A stretch of 64,000 bases of DNA, taken from positions 216,318,001 through 216,382,000 of the forward strand of contig OX597814.1 of NCBI GenBank assembly GCA_951406725.2, read 5' to 3'. This document shows, piece by piece, positions 11,960 through 24,904 of the stretch. Position numbers and translations under genes: made by a program. The stretch is from Octopus vulgaris (Eukaryota). The number at the start of each line of letters is the position of its first letter. Position 1 is the stretch's first letter. Below the pieces are notes generated by a model. That model worked only from the letters and a program-made list of their open reading frames with translations. It ran no database searches and was not told the DNA's origin.

Positions 11960-14900
11960 ATGTTGGGTGGGAATCTGGTATCTTCACTGGGGTACATGGT
12001 AGCCATAGTATTGGCACCCAAAACAATGAGGGGACTAGGTCACTGGAATTCTGTGATGCATGTAACCTTTTAATCTGCAACTCTAACTTCAGGAAGCCAG
12101 ACAGCCACCTTACAACCTATCAATGAGGAAACTCTGTAAGCCAGATTGATTTCATCCTCACCAGACAGCAGGACGCATGGTTGCTCTTCAATACAAAGAC
12201 CCTCCCGGGTGAAGAATGTACTCCCTAGCATATTAGTGACTTTAGGCTTGAGGCCAGAAGGATACCTAGAAGCAGACCAATCCAGAAAAAAAGAATATGG
12301 AAGCTAAAGAACCCTTCACATGGTCAAAGATTTAGGGACATTCTCATCAAGAAATTTGATGACAGGGAGGAGGAGTTACAGATGTCGGACATAGAAGGTA
12401 GCTGGAAATTCCTATGGGACAGCTTACTGAGTGCCACAGACCAAGTCTGTGGATGGTGCAAAGTCTCTTCCAGGCCCAGAATTACATGGTGGTGGAATAG
12501 AACAGTAGACAAAGCCATTAGAGCAAAGAAACAGGCCTGGAAAGCCTTGAAGGATGGTGGTAGCAAGGAACAGTAACATGTAGCCAGAAAGGAGGCTGGG
12601 TGGCAGGTATACATAGCCAAGAGTGAAGCAGAAAAGAAGAAGTTTGCCAATGTCCAGAGACATGAGGACCAAAGAACTGAGGTATTTCGGATTGCAAGAC
12701 AGTGTGTGAGAGAAAATTGTGATGCCACAGGAGAGAAATGTGTTCGAATGGATGATGGTGCACTTGCTTTTAGTGATTCTGAAAAGAAAGAGGCTTGGAA
12801 AAGCCATTATGAAAGACTGCCGAATGTGGAGAATGAATCGGAGGAGAAGAGCCTTCCAAATGTTGACCCAGAAGAGGGACCAACTATCCAAATCGAGAGC
12901 TCCCTAGTAGTTAAAGCAATTAAGGATATGAAGCTAGGAAAAACCCCTGGGCCATCAGGAATCACTGCTGAGATGCTTAAAGCATCTGGTGGTGTGGGGT
13001 ATGGCTTAGTCACCTGCATTGTAAACCAGGTAGTACATAACGGAGCTATACCCAATGACTAGCGTAGCAGCACCATATAGTCAACTGCTACAAGAGTAAA
13101 GGTGACGCTCTAGATAGAAATAACTACAGGGATATTAAACTGTTGGATCAGGTGATGAAGGTCACAGAGAGGGTCATAACCCATCTCATTAGGGAGAGAA
13201 TTTGCTTAGATGAGATGCAGTTCGGTTTTGTGCCGGGTAGAAGCACCACTGATGCTATATTTCTGGTCCGACAACTGCAGGAGAAGTACCTAGCTAAAGA
13301 TAAACCCCTCTACATAGCTTTTGTGGACTTGGAGAAAGCCTTTGACAGGTTCCCCTGATCCCTTATCTGGTGGTCTATGTGGAAACTGGAGATTGACAAA
13401 TGGCTAATAAGGGCTGTACAGGCCCTATACAGAGAGGCTGTCAGCAAGGTTAGGATTGGCAACGAATATAGTGAAGAATTCCGGGTAGAAGTAGGTGTAC
13501 ACCAAGGCTCAGCCCTCAGTCCCCTTTTATTCATCATAGTCCTCCAGGCAACAACAGAGGAATTCAAAACAGGTTGTCCCTGGGAGCTCCTCTATGCTGA
13601 TGACCTGGCTCTCATATCAGAATCACTACCAAAACTAGAAAAGAAATTTTGGGTGTGGAAACAAGGGTTAGAATCAAAGGGCCTTAGAGTAAATGTAGCA
13701 AAGACCAAAGTTATAGTAAGCAGAAAGGCGAACTCAGCACACACCCCATCGGGCAAGTGGCCCCGCTCAATCTGTAGGAAAAGTGTATGTAGAAACTCCA
13801 TAAGATGCACCCAATGTAAGCTATGGACGCATAAGAGGTGCAGCAACATCAAAGGGAAATTAACTGATAAGATAGTTTTCATGTGTGGCAGATGTACAGG
13901 GACAATAGACACCACAAATACTCAGAAAACAGATTCCATCACACTCCAGGGGGAGAAACTAGAAGTAGTTGATAGTTTCCGCTACCTAGGCGACCAAGTT
14001 AGTAGTGGAGGTGGATGCTAAGAGAGTGTCACCACTAGAATACGAATAGCCTGGGCAAAGTTCAGAAAGCTCCTACCCCTACTGGCGACAAAGGGTCTCT
14101 CACTCAGAGTGAAAGGTAGATTGTATGATGCATGTGTGCGAACTGCCATGCTTCACGGTAGTGAAACATGGGTCGTGACTGCAGAGGACATGTGTAGACT
14201 TGAAAGAAATGAAGCTAGCATGATCCGCTGGATGTGTAATGTCAGTGTTAATACACGACAGAGTGTAAGCACCCTGAGAGAACTGCTAGACATAAGAAGC
14301 ATCAGATGTGGTGTGCAAGAGCGACGCTTGCGATGGTATGGTCATGTACTGCGGATGGATGAGGAGAGATGTGTGAAGAAGTGCCGCTCCCAAACAGTTG
14401 AAGGAATCAGGGGGAGAGGTAGACCCAGGAAGACATCAGAGCGTTGGGCCTCACTGAGGCAATGGCGAAGGACTGAGATCTCAGGAGATGTGCTGTGACT
14501 GCAAAGACCCGGGATGCTTCCGGCACCAGTTCCAATAGCCCCTGGCCATTGAAAGTACCATGGGTCCCAGACCATCTCGCTGTGCTTGAGGAGACCTGTT
14601 GAGTCAAGTGCATGTACATGAACATCGAAACAAATATCAATGGAAATAGTAGTTGTGATACCTGTGCCGGTGGCACATAAAAAGCACCATCCGAATGTGG
14701 CCGTTACCAGCGCCGCCTCGACTGGATTCTGTGCCGGTGGCACATAAAAAGCACCATCCAAACGTGGCCGATGCCAGCGCTGCCTTGGCTGGCTTCCGTG
14801 CCGGTGGCACATTAAAAGCACCAACCGATCGTGGCCAATGCCAGACCCCCCGCTGGCACCTGTGCAGGTGGCATGTAAAGAGCACCCACTACACTCGCAG

Positions 14901-15045
14901 AGTGGTTGGCGTCAGGAAGGGCATCCAGCTGTAGAAACATTGCCAGATCAGACTGGAGCCTGGTGCTGCCCCTGGCTTCCCAGACCCCAGTCGAACCGTC
15001 CATCCCGTGCTAGCGGTGAAAACGGACGTTAAACGATGATGATGA
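11960..15045 (+). mobile_element. RTE-clade LINE, near-complete ORF2 (end of EN, RT, PHD-like finger, C-terminus) plus 3' UTR; frameshifted
   Basis: QFGFVPGRSTTDAIF...FVDLEKAFDR, GVHQGSALSPLLF, LLYADDL, CRKSVCRNSIRCTQCKLWTHKRC...CGRC, FRYLG; 3' UTR tandem repeats and (GAT)n tail. Confidence 0.92.
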
Positions 15046-15275
15046 TATATATATATAAATAAATAAATATATATATATATATGTATAAATATATATATAT
15101 GTATAAATATATATATATTTGTATAAATATATATTTATATGTATAAATATATATATATGTATAAATATATATATATGTATAAATATATATATATATATAT
15201 ATGTATAAATATATATATATATGTATAAATATAAAAATATATATATGTATAAATATATATATATATGTATAAATA
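15046..15275. repeat. AT-rich micro/minisatellite (AT)n-GTATAA
   Basis: Directly visible ATATATATATGTATAA-type units. Confidence 0.9.
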
Positions 15276-15880
15276 TCATCATCATCATCATCATCATCAT
15301 CGTTTAACCGCTTTCCATGCTAGCATGGGTTGGACGGTTCAACTGGGGTCTGGCAAGCTCGAAGGCTGCACCAGGCCAGTCAGATCTGGCAGTGTTTCTA
15401 CAGCTGGATGCTCTTCCTAACGCCAACCACTCCGAGAGTGTAGTGGGTGATTTTATGTGCCACCGACACAGGTGCCAGGCGAGGCTGGCAGACGGCCACG
15501 CTCGGATGGTGTTTTTATGTGCCACCGACACAGGTGCCAGACGAGGCTGGCAGACGGCCACGCTCGGATGGTGTTTTTATGTGCCAGACGAGGCTGGCGA
15601 ACGGCCACGCTCGGATGGTGTTTGTTACGTGCCCTCAGCACGGAGGCCAGTCGATGCGGTACTGGCTACGGTCACGCTCGGATTGTTTTCTTATGTGCCA
15701 CCGGCACTGGTACCACACGGATACAAATTCCATTGATGTTCATCTATTCTGATTTGGTTTGATTTGATTTGATTGATTTTCACTTGCCTCAACAGGTCTT
15801 CACAAGTGTCACAAGAAGGAAGGTATGCACAGGTGGACTGACTACGTGCCAGGTAGGGGCCATGGGTTATGGCTTCACAT
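15276..15880 (-). mobile_element. 3' end of the same RTE family in opposite orientation
   Basis: (CAT)n CGTTTAACCGCTTTCCATGCTAGCATGGGTTGGACGG... is the reverse complement of the tail at 14870-15045. Confidence 0.85.
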
Positions 15881-15934
15881 ATGTATAAATATATATATAT
15901 GTATAAATATATATATATGTATATAAATACATAT

Positions 15935-17300
15935 ATTGGGCCGAAAGTAACCAGAGACATACAGCCTAAAGAAAGCACCCGAAATCTCTCCAATCTGAAC
16001 TTCCACAAAGTAGATTGGAAATCGATCCAAAAAGAGATCCTCAGAGAGGACTGGCCGGAATGTCTCTCCACACCAGACATTGACATGAAACTAGAATGTT
16101 GTTTCATGTCTTCTGTGCAAGCCGTATGCCAGAAATATGTCCCAGAGCACAAGGCCAAAACAAATAGGAGCAAGATTCCAAGAGACAGGAAGATCCTCAT
16201 GAGATGACGGATGAAGGTTGCAAATCGTCTCAACCAACATCCCAAAAGTAGCGAAACGTCTCGCCTAAAAACAACACTGATGGAGATCGAAAAAAGGCTA
16301 CGACAATCCTATGTGAAGGAGAAAGCAGACAAAGAAGCCTGGGTTATAAAAAACATTAAATCAAACCCAAAGCCCTTCTTTCATTACGCGAAAGAAACAG
16401 TCTCAGTGCACTACAAGATAGGACCCCTCCTCTAAAAGGATGGCTCCCTCACAGACAGTCCAACTATGATCAGTGAGATGCTGAATGACCAGTTCAAAAG
16501 TGTCTTTACCACCCCATTGGAACACAGACAAGTGAACGAACCAGTGGACTTCTTTGCCGCCTCACCTATAACCAGCAAGGCGGTTACAATAGAATGTATT
16601 GACATTAGCGAAAAAGATGTCCTACTAGCCATAGATGAAGTGGACACAAACTCAGCTGCTGGTCCAGACGGTTTCCCAGCCAATCCTCCTCGAAGCGTGT
16701 AAGCATGCCCTGGCAAAACCCCTCAAGATTCTCTTCCAGAGCTTTCTTACAAATGGCAAACTGCCAAGCAAGCTGAAGGAGGGAATAATATGTCCAATAC
16801 ATAAAGGGGGAAGTAGAGCAGATGCCAAAAACTATAAGGCCTATCTCTCTGACTTGACACATCAGCAAAGTCATGGAAAGGATAATCAGAGGGAAACTAT
16901 TCACATTCCTTGAAAAAATAACTTGCTAAGTGATACCCAACATGGTTTGCGACCAGGTAGGAGCTGCCTGACCCAGCTCTTACAACATTATGACGAGGTG
17001 TTGAGGCAGTTACTAACAAATCAAATGGGGACATAATATACCTTGATTTTGCAAAAGCTTTTGCCAAGGTGGATCATGGTATGATATGCCACAAACTGTG
17101 TGACTTCGGCATAGCTGGAAAACTTGGAGAGTGGTTACATGACTTCCTGAAAGATAGGAGTCAGGCAGTAGTGGCTAATGGAGCCACCTCTATGAACACA
17201 CAAATAGTGAGCGGTTTTCCACAGGGCACTGTCTTGGGACCACTGCATTTTATAGTGGCCCTCTCAGTTATGCCCTCAAATGCCCGGATAGCCACTCTGG
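15935..17300 (+). mobile_element. CR1-clade LINE ORF2 fragment (RT), degenerate
   Basis: NFHKVDW, IKSNPKPFFHY, EMLNDQFKSVFT, GPDGFP, QHGLRPGRSCLTQLL, DFAKAF, PQGTVLGP motifs across broken frames. Confidence 0.85.
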
Positions 17301-17309
17301 CAATCAGAC

Positions 17310-17580
17310 CTTAAGCTTCAGACACTGGGATAAAAGGAAAACAACCAATTAATCCAGTTATATATGGTCCTTAAAAGAAAAAGGTGTCAGTTAGAAGATC
17401 CACTGGAAGATCTTGGCCAAATGTAAGCCTTACACTAATGGCAGTGGAAAGTGCAGTCTTTGCGATATGGAAAGATGGCTCGTTTGGAAAAGTTCTTTAG
17501 ACCCTACTACATGTCTAAATTCAAGAACTGAACTTTTTGGGTCATGTCCAAATATAGCGAAACATTTGTTATGTTTTTGC
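17310..17580 (+). mobile_element. Penelope-like element, GIY-YIG C-terminal fragment (Naiad/Chlamys-like signature)
   Basis: WKILAKCKPYTNGSGKCSLCDMERWLV...LNSRTELFGSCPNIAKHLL; clade assignment is from recalled motif similarity. Confidence 0.6.
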
Positions 17581-17759
17581 CCCCCGTCCCCCCAGAGCAC
17601 AGATAGATCCTGCTTTTTATATTATGTCCACATGCAAGCGTTTCATGTCTTCCCATTTCTTATATTTTATTCCTTTATATATTTTTTCTGTATATTATTT
17701 TTCACTCTTTATATTGGAATATGTGTGTGTATGCATGTTTTATATGTATTTATGTTTAC

Positions 17760-17811
<52 letters not shown>

Positions 17812-17844
17812 TTGTATGTATATGTACACGCGTGTGTCAGTATG

Positions 17845-18930
17845 TATATGGGAACAATGTGCACCTATTTGTTGGAACTTTGAGGCCCAAATATTCTCAA
17901 GATGCACTGGTCCCACTCCTGAACTATCATCATCATCATATGGTCGATATTTTGATGACTGTATTGGTGCACTCTACCACGAATACCTAGACGCCTTCCT
18001 CTCTTTTGTCAAATCTTCCCATCCTGCCCCCCACTTCTCCTGCACTATTTCCACGGTCAGCATTCATCACACCACTCTCAGCACCTCCAATATAAACATA
18101 GACTCACACTCATACCTCAACTTCTCCTCCTCCCACCCTAAACACACCAAGCTCTCCATCCCCTATTCTCAATTCCTTCATCTACACAGGCTCTGCAGTG
18201 ACGACCATGAGTTTGAGACTGAGTCTCAACTCATGGCTTGCCACTTCTTCCTACGTAGATATCCGCTCACCACTATCCACACTGCCCTTGCCAGACCACG
18301 TTTGGTGGACTGTGCGTCTAGTCTCTCCCCCGCCGTCTCCTGTTTACCCTCACCTTCCACCCCACCACTCTATCCAACACACCATTCTACGAGCCTTCTG
18401 GCGACTCCAGTCTGACCCCTACCCATTGCACATCTTCCTTAATGGACCTCTCCCCTCCTTCAAAAGAACCCACAACCTACGTGACTTCTTGGTCCACAGC
18501 CCTAACCCAACCCGGCCCATTCTCCGGCTCCTTCCCACACGGCTGCACTTGCCCTTACCTCTCTAACATCCCCGCCCCACAGGCATCCATCATCAACCCT
18601 TTCATATCACTGACTCCTTCACCTGCACTTTTAGCAACATCATCTACTGCATCTCCTGCTCTCTTTGTCCTTCTCTGTACATCAGTCAAATGGGAAGCCG
18701 CTTGGCTGACCAGTTCACGGAACACCTCCGAGACATCAGACTTGGCAACGACACCCCAGTCTCATGCCATTTCTGCTCTACCAGTCATTCTTTACAGCAC
18801 CTGTCTGTGTTCAGAATGTCATTGCACAGGGGCCATCCAGGCTTCCGTTTTCCTGTGAACAGGGATTAACCTTCTCTCTTCGCTCCTTTGCACCACATGG
18901 GCTCAACTCTCTTTCCCTCTTCATGAAACC
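17845..18930 (+). mobile_element. Penelope-like element: RT C-terminus + GIY-YIG, degenerate
   Basis: YGRYFDDCIG, DSHSYLNFSSSHPKHTKLSIPYSQFLHLHRLCS, FTCTFSNIIYCISCSLCPSLYISQMGSRLADQFTEHLRDI. Confidence 0.85.
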
Positions 18931-20488
18931 CTCCTCTCTTCCTCTCATATCTATTTCCTCCCACGCACCTCTCCTCTTGCTCTGACACCTACTTCCTCTC
19001 TTCTCTCCAACCCACCTTCTCCCTTCGCTGTAACCCCCACCCCTACACAATCCAACCCCACCCTCCCTGTTCATCCAATCCCATCCCACTCCCACATACC
19101 CCCCAACACCACATCATACCACCCTGCACACACTAGCACTAACCACTTCCCAGAACCCACACCATCATCCATACATCTACACATGCACACACATGTGTCA
19201 AGGTCACCAACCCTCATCCACATGCATATACACATTCTCACACGTATGAGCACATTCGTTTTGGGATCACAACTACTTTATTATTTCCCATTCTTCCTAG
19301 CTTTCCTGTGTGACTCCTCTGTCTAGCATTTGCCATGATAGATCGCTAGTCAACATTTTTTATTTTCTCTTCCTGTTTATTTCTGTGTTTCTTTCTGCGC
19401 GTAGGCTCAAAACGTTAAAGACTTTCTCACTTCCCAAGTGTTAAACTAATACATCTGCTTGTTGTTTACAGATCTGTCTTCATCTTTTATTTTTTGTAAA
19501 TTCTGACTATATATATATGTAACGGATTTAGTTTGGTTGATATTGAAATTGTCAGAGTCAGCAGTTGCGACGATGATTATTTGTTGTTATGACAGCATAC
19601 TGTAGGTTGTGAAAGATAGACACTGCATGAAGTTTAGAGGAAATGTTTATTTACCGTTACGTTACAATAACTTACCTCGACGGGCATGTTGTGATAAATC
19701 CAAAATCATGCAAAGTAAAGTTTGTCTATGTGTCCTCTTCATTGTTTAGTAGTAGTAATTACAGAGAGATAGAATGACATTGTAAGGGACAGAATTAGAG
19801 CTAGAGAGAATTGTAGGGTGTTGTCTCACAGTTGCTTTCTCCCTCTGACCAACGTTGGTCAGCCAGACCACGTTGAATCGTCACCAACCGTGACTAACTC
19901 CGTTAAGTCGTCATGACTGTGATGAACTCACTTTTGCTTGGGGTATGCTTGCTTTATAAAGATCCAGAAGGATAGATATATCATTGAGAACAACAGATTC
20001 AGTTGGTGGTCTTGTTATCTCTATTCTAGCTTTTGCTGAAGTAGAAGAGGTTAGAAAGGGTCAAGCGGTGAAAACATTATTTCGGCCTAGCTAAAGGCAT
20101 CAGAAAAATGTAAAACTGCTGTCAGAGAAACACCATTGTTCCATCGTGGGAAGAGTTCTGTAATAGTGTTAATTTAAATTTGGCTATGGTGGATCAAATC
20201 TACTTCATGCATGCAAGATTCACTACATATATATACACACACACACACGTGTTCGTGTGTGTGTGCACAACTGTATGTATATATATATATATATATGTGT
20301 GTGTGCATATGCAGATTCTGAGAAAAAAGTTTTACTTTCCCTATGCTTATTAGAGTAATTTTCCTTTCTTCAACAGTTTTTTTCATAGCATTTTTGTTTT
20401 GTCTTAATAACTGATGAGATGCCAGAGCAGATTTAAGCCCTGACATACAGAACTCTGAGTTTTATTATGACAACCAACTAATTGTCAC

Positions 20489-20533
<45 letters not shown>

Positions 20534-21134
20534 GTGGGTGTGTGTGTGACTGTGTTAGTACCTGTTTGTCTTTTAATCACATGATATTTGTAAACAAGGA
20601 TCACCATCATACAAGCAGTGTCATCCATTTGCAGTCTACAATGAAAACATGTCTGGCCATGGGGCAATATTAGCTTCCTTGGTGTGGGGGTGGGTGATAG
20701 GAATGTCACCTAGACATAGAAAATTTGCCTCAACCAATTCCACCTGAAATATGGAAAAGGAAACATTAAAACGATTATTATTATTATTATTATTATTGTT
20801 ATTATTATTATTATCATTATTATTATTTAACTGAACAAACAAGAAAGAAAAGAAATGTGTTCAACAAGAGAGAAACAAAGTTCTTATTAAATACCATTGT
20901 ATATTAATGGGGGCTAAAGACCCCCACCCCACCCCACCTCGGTCATGAATGGCCATGGTATTGCACCTAGAAATTTGCCCCCTGTCTATTAAAGAATCTT
21001 CTAAATGATGGAATTGTATTGTTTCTTGGCATTGTAGCTGATAAATTACTGAAATTATATCACAGGTTAATTATATATATTTTGAGTAAGAACAATTGTT
21101 GGATTAAATATGTTGTATACTTTATTTATTACAG

Positions 21135-21314
21135 GTACTTTTGGTATACCCATAGAAGAAGGAACTGAATGTATAGTAACAACTATAAAGATTTATCTTG
21201 ATGCTTACTCAAATTCTAAAATAAAACATATTTGTTTGATTGATGAACAGAAGGATGTAATCAGAGCTTTTAGGCATCATCTAGAAACGGTGTTTGGAAT
21301 CAGTAAAAGCAGAG
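21135..21314 (+). CDS. PARP14: PARP14-like exon: end of Macro1
   Basis: ttacag|GT...AGAG|gtagga. GTFGIPIEEGTECIVTTIKIYLDAYSNSKIKHICLIDEQKDVIRAFRHHLETVFGISKSR; completes the ISTG-TFG loop; phase 1-1. Confidence 0.9.
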
Positions 21315-22019
21315 GTAGGACATGTTATTTGTTTGATATTTTAGTGAAAACTTAAATGATTTATTTCAGGTGTTAAGATTTTTCCTCCTTCAGTCAACTT
21401 TTATCTGATTCCTATTATTGGTTTATGGGCACAGCCATGGATTTGTGGTTAAAAAGATTCATTTCTAACCATGGTGATTCCTAATGTAAGGCAACTCAAG
21501 AAAATATCTTCTAATATGGCCCTGAGCTGACCAAAGTCTTGTCAACTGGTTTAGAAGATAGAAACTGATACAAGAGCCCCTCATATATGTATTGTGTTTG
21601 TGTGTGTGTGTTTGTACTCTTGTCTTCACATCACGTGATGGCTGTAAACAAGCATCTCCAGCATGCAAGTGAGGTTGTTTGTTTCCTGTCTTCTGTGGAA
21701 ACCTCGTGTGGCCAGGGGGAAATATTACCTTGCTTGGAAACAGGTGAGAGTCAGCATCAGGAAGAGCATCCAGCTATAGAAAGTCTGCCTCAATAAACTA
21801 ATCTGACCCATGCAAGCAGGGAACAATGGATGTGAAATCAAGGATGATGATGATGTTTAATTTATGGCTGTTGATAAAATATTCTTGTCTCATTCTGTGA
21901 TTCCCTAACAAAGGATAATTATAATTATTTATCTGATACATTGTAAACATGACTTTTGTTCATATTCTAATTAATATGAAGGTATAAAGTATCCCCACCC
22001 CCACAAAAAAAACAGACAT

Positions 22020-23700
22020 TGGAGAGTTATCAAATTGTTGGATCAGGTGATGAAAGTCATGGAGAGGGTCATAGCCCAAATAATTAGGGAGAGAGTAAGT
22101 TTAGATGAGATGCAGTTTAGGTTTGTGCCAGGGAGTAGCACCACTGACGTTATATTTCTGGTAAGACAGCTGCGGGAAATAAACCTCTGTACCTAGCCAA
22201 AGATAAACCTCTGTACTTGGCCTTCATTGACATAAAGAAAGCTTTTGACAGAGTCCCCCAATCCCTTATTTGGAGGTCACTGCAGAAACTAGGGATAAAT
22301 GAGTAGTTGGTGAGAGCTGTTCAAGCCATGTACAGGGATGCTGTCAGCAAGTTAAAGGTTGGCAACAAGTATAGTGAAAAATTCCAGGTAGAAGTAGAGG
22401 TTCACCTCAGCCCCCTCTTATTCATCATAGTCCTCCAGGCAGTAACTGAGGAAATCAAGATAGGCTGTCCCTGGGAGCTCCTCTAAGCTGATGACTTTCC
22501 TCTATTAGCTGATTGACTACCAGAACTAAAGAAGTTTCAGGCATTGAAGCAAGGTCTAGAATCGAAGGGTCTTAGAGTTGATCTAGAAAAAACCAAAGTT
22601 TTAGCAAGTAGGAAGGTTGACAAATCACGAATCCCTTCAGGTAAATGGCCCTGCTTGATCTGCAGGAAAAGGTGTAGGTAGAAACTCCATAAGATGAACC
22701 CAGTGCAAGCTATGGACACATAAAAGGTGTAGCAATGTCAAAGGAAGGTTAACCAGGAAGATAGTTGTTGTGTGTAGGTACAATAAGCACTAGAAATGTA
22801 CAGAAAATAAACTCCATCAAATGCCTGTGAGGGAGACCTAGAAGTAGTTGACAGCTTCTGCTATCTAGGTGAACAAATTAGTAGTGGAAGTGGAAGCTCC
22901 AAGTGCAAAGCTGTAAGAATAAGATTAGGTTGGGCAAAGTTCAGAGAGCTTTTACCTTTGTTGGTAATGATGGGCCTCTCCCTCAGAGTGAAAGGTAGAC
23001 TGTATGATACCTGTGTGCAAATAGCCATGCTAAACGGCAGCGAAATATGGGCTGTATCTGCAGAGGACATGCAAAGGCTTGAAAGAAATAAAGGCACTCT
23101 GCTTCACTGGATGTGCAATGTCAGTGTGCATGTATGGCAGAGTGTAAGAATCTGGAAAGAAAAATGGTGCACAAGAGGCATCAGATGTGGTGTGCAAGAG
23201 AGAAGACTGCACTGTGGAGGGGACATGTGGAAGAGATAGACCCAAGATAGACAAGGGACGAGGTGGTGAAGCATGATCCTTGAACATTGAGCTTCATGGA
23301 GGCTATGACTAGTGACTAACACCTTTGGCAATATTCTGTGCTTAAGAAGAGCCATCAAGCCAAGTGAAATTGTAGTTGTGGCTGATGCCAGTGTTACACA
23401 AAAAGTACCTTACAAACTTTGGTCCACACAGAGATGATAAGTTGCTGAGACCTCTGGCAATTTACCATGCTTGAGAAGACTCATCAAACCAAATGAAATC
23501 ATAGACGATGCTGGTGTCACATAAAAAGCACCCATTTCACTCTTGGAGTGGTTGGCATTTGGAAAGGCATCCAGCTGTAGAATCTGTGTCAAATCTGACT
23601 GGAACCTGGTGCAGCTCTCCAGCCTATCAGTTTCAGTCAAACCATCCAACCCATGCCAGCATGGAAAGTGGATGTTAAATGACGATGATGATGATGATTT
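22020..23700 (+). mobile_element. RTE-clade LINE (PHD family), RT to 3' tail, degenerate
   Basis: Aligns by eye with 13130-15045; multiple stops; ends (GAT)n at ~23697. Confidence 0.85.
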
Positions 23701-24036
23701 ACATTTTCTACTAATCATTCTTTAAGAGAGAAATTTCTTGAAATAAGTGTTTTATTTTCTTACGTCCAATAATGTTGAACCAAGAGTTATAGCGTTGGCT
23801 GACTGTAAAGTATTTACGAGAGGCCATTTAGCTCTGGAAGCCTTCTTCAACTGAATAACCAAGTTTCTTTCCTTGAACAGGTTACCCTGTAAGAAATTAC
23901 TTATCACATGACCATCAGCCTGAGTCATGTGATGTGGTAAGCAGGTAAATTGCGTGAAGCAGACAACACTGCCATATGAGTGATATATACATGAAAGAAA
24001 AATTACAAGAAAGGTTTTAAAATGCACCATATATAT

Positions 24037-24067
<31 letters not shown>

Positions 24068-24904
24068 CATACATATATATATATATCCTTGACTAAAATT
24101 TTAAAGACTACATGTTTATTATGGACTTCTGGTCACACATGTGCAATGATATATAGCAACTAGCCTGAACATTACCTGCACCATGCCTATACATGTGTGT
24201 TGCAACGAATTTCTTTCCTTAAAATTTACAGAAAAGCATATTTTTTGATGAAATTTTTTATGAATATGCTTCAGATGGTATAAATTCCAATTCTACTGGA
24301 ATTTGAGGTAAAAAATAAAAAAAGGTTTCAAAACAAATATCTGACACGTATCAGTATTTATGTCTGCAATTTTTATTTTCATATTAAATTATTTTATTAT
24401 CATAATATACACACTCTTAAAGGTACTTGTGGAAATTTTCATTTAAAAATAACCATTTTCCAAAAAGTTATGAGGAAGCAAATTTGACTTGTGTGAATTT
24501 TCTGAAACTCCTCTCTCCACTCCCTCAAAAATATTTTTTTCACACCAAATTCTCAACTTACTGGAATCTACACCATCTGAAGCCTGTTTTAATAAATGTT
24601 TTAAGCAAAAACGTTTCATAAGAGGTGGAAGATCACATTTTACTAACCAGTTTCACTGTTTTCAGACTTTGAAAGTTTCAAGTATGTTCTTCAATGTATT
24701 TTTAGTCCATTTGGTAGAAGAAATAGATGGAAATAACGTTATATAGCCTTGTTGCTATAAAAAGTTGGTGGGGAAATGACTACAAGTTAGCATGTATTCT
24801 CTTGCTAAATCATATTTTCAGAAAGGAATATCATTACTATTTATATGGAATAAAGTAGTTCTTTTAAGAGAGAGAGAGAAGAAAGTTTAATTGTTTATTT
24901 TCAG

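Noticed and set aside
14655-14885. Palindromic repeats with variable spacers resembling a CRISPR array
   Set aside because: Eukaryotic context, no cas genes, spacers related to one another, and the block is the 3' UTR of an RTE LINE
19518-20172. Possible solo LTR starting TGTAAC
   Set aside because: No clear CA end, TSD or second copy in the window
24190-24760. Possible MITE or DNA transposon relic upstream of cassette 1
   Set aside because: Could not identify matching TIRs or a TSD
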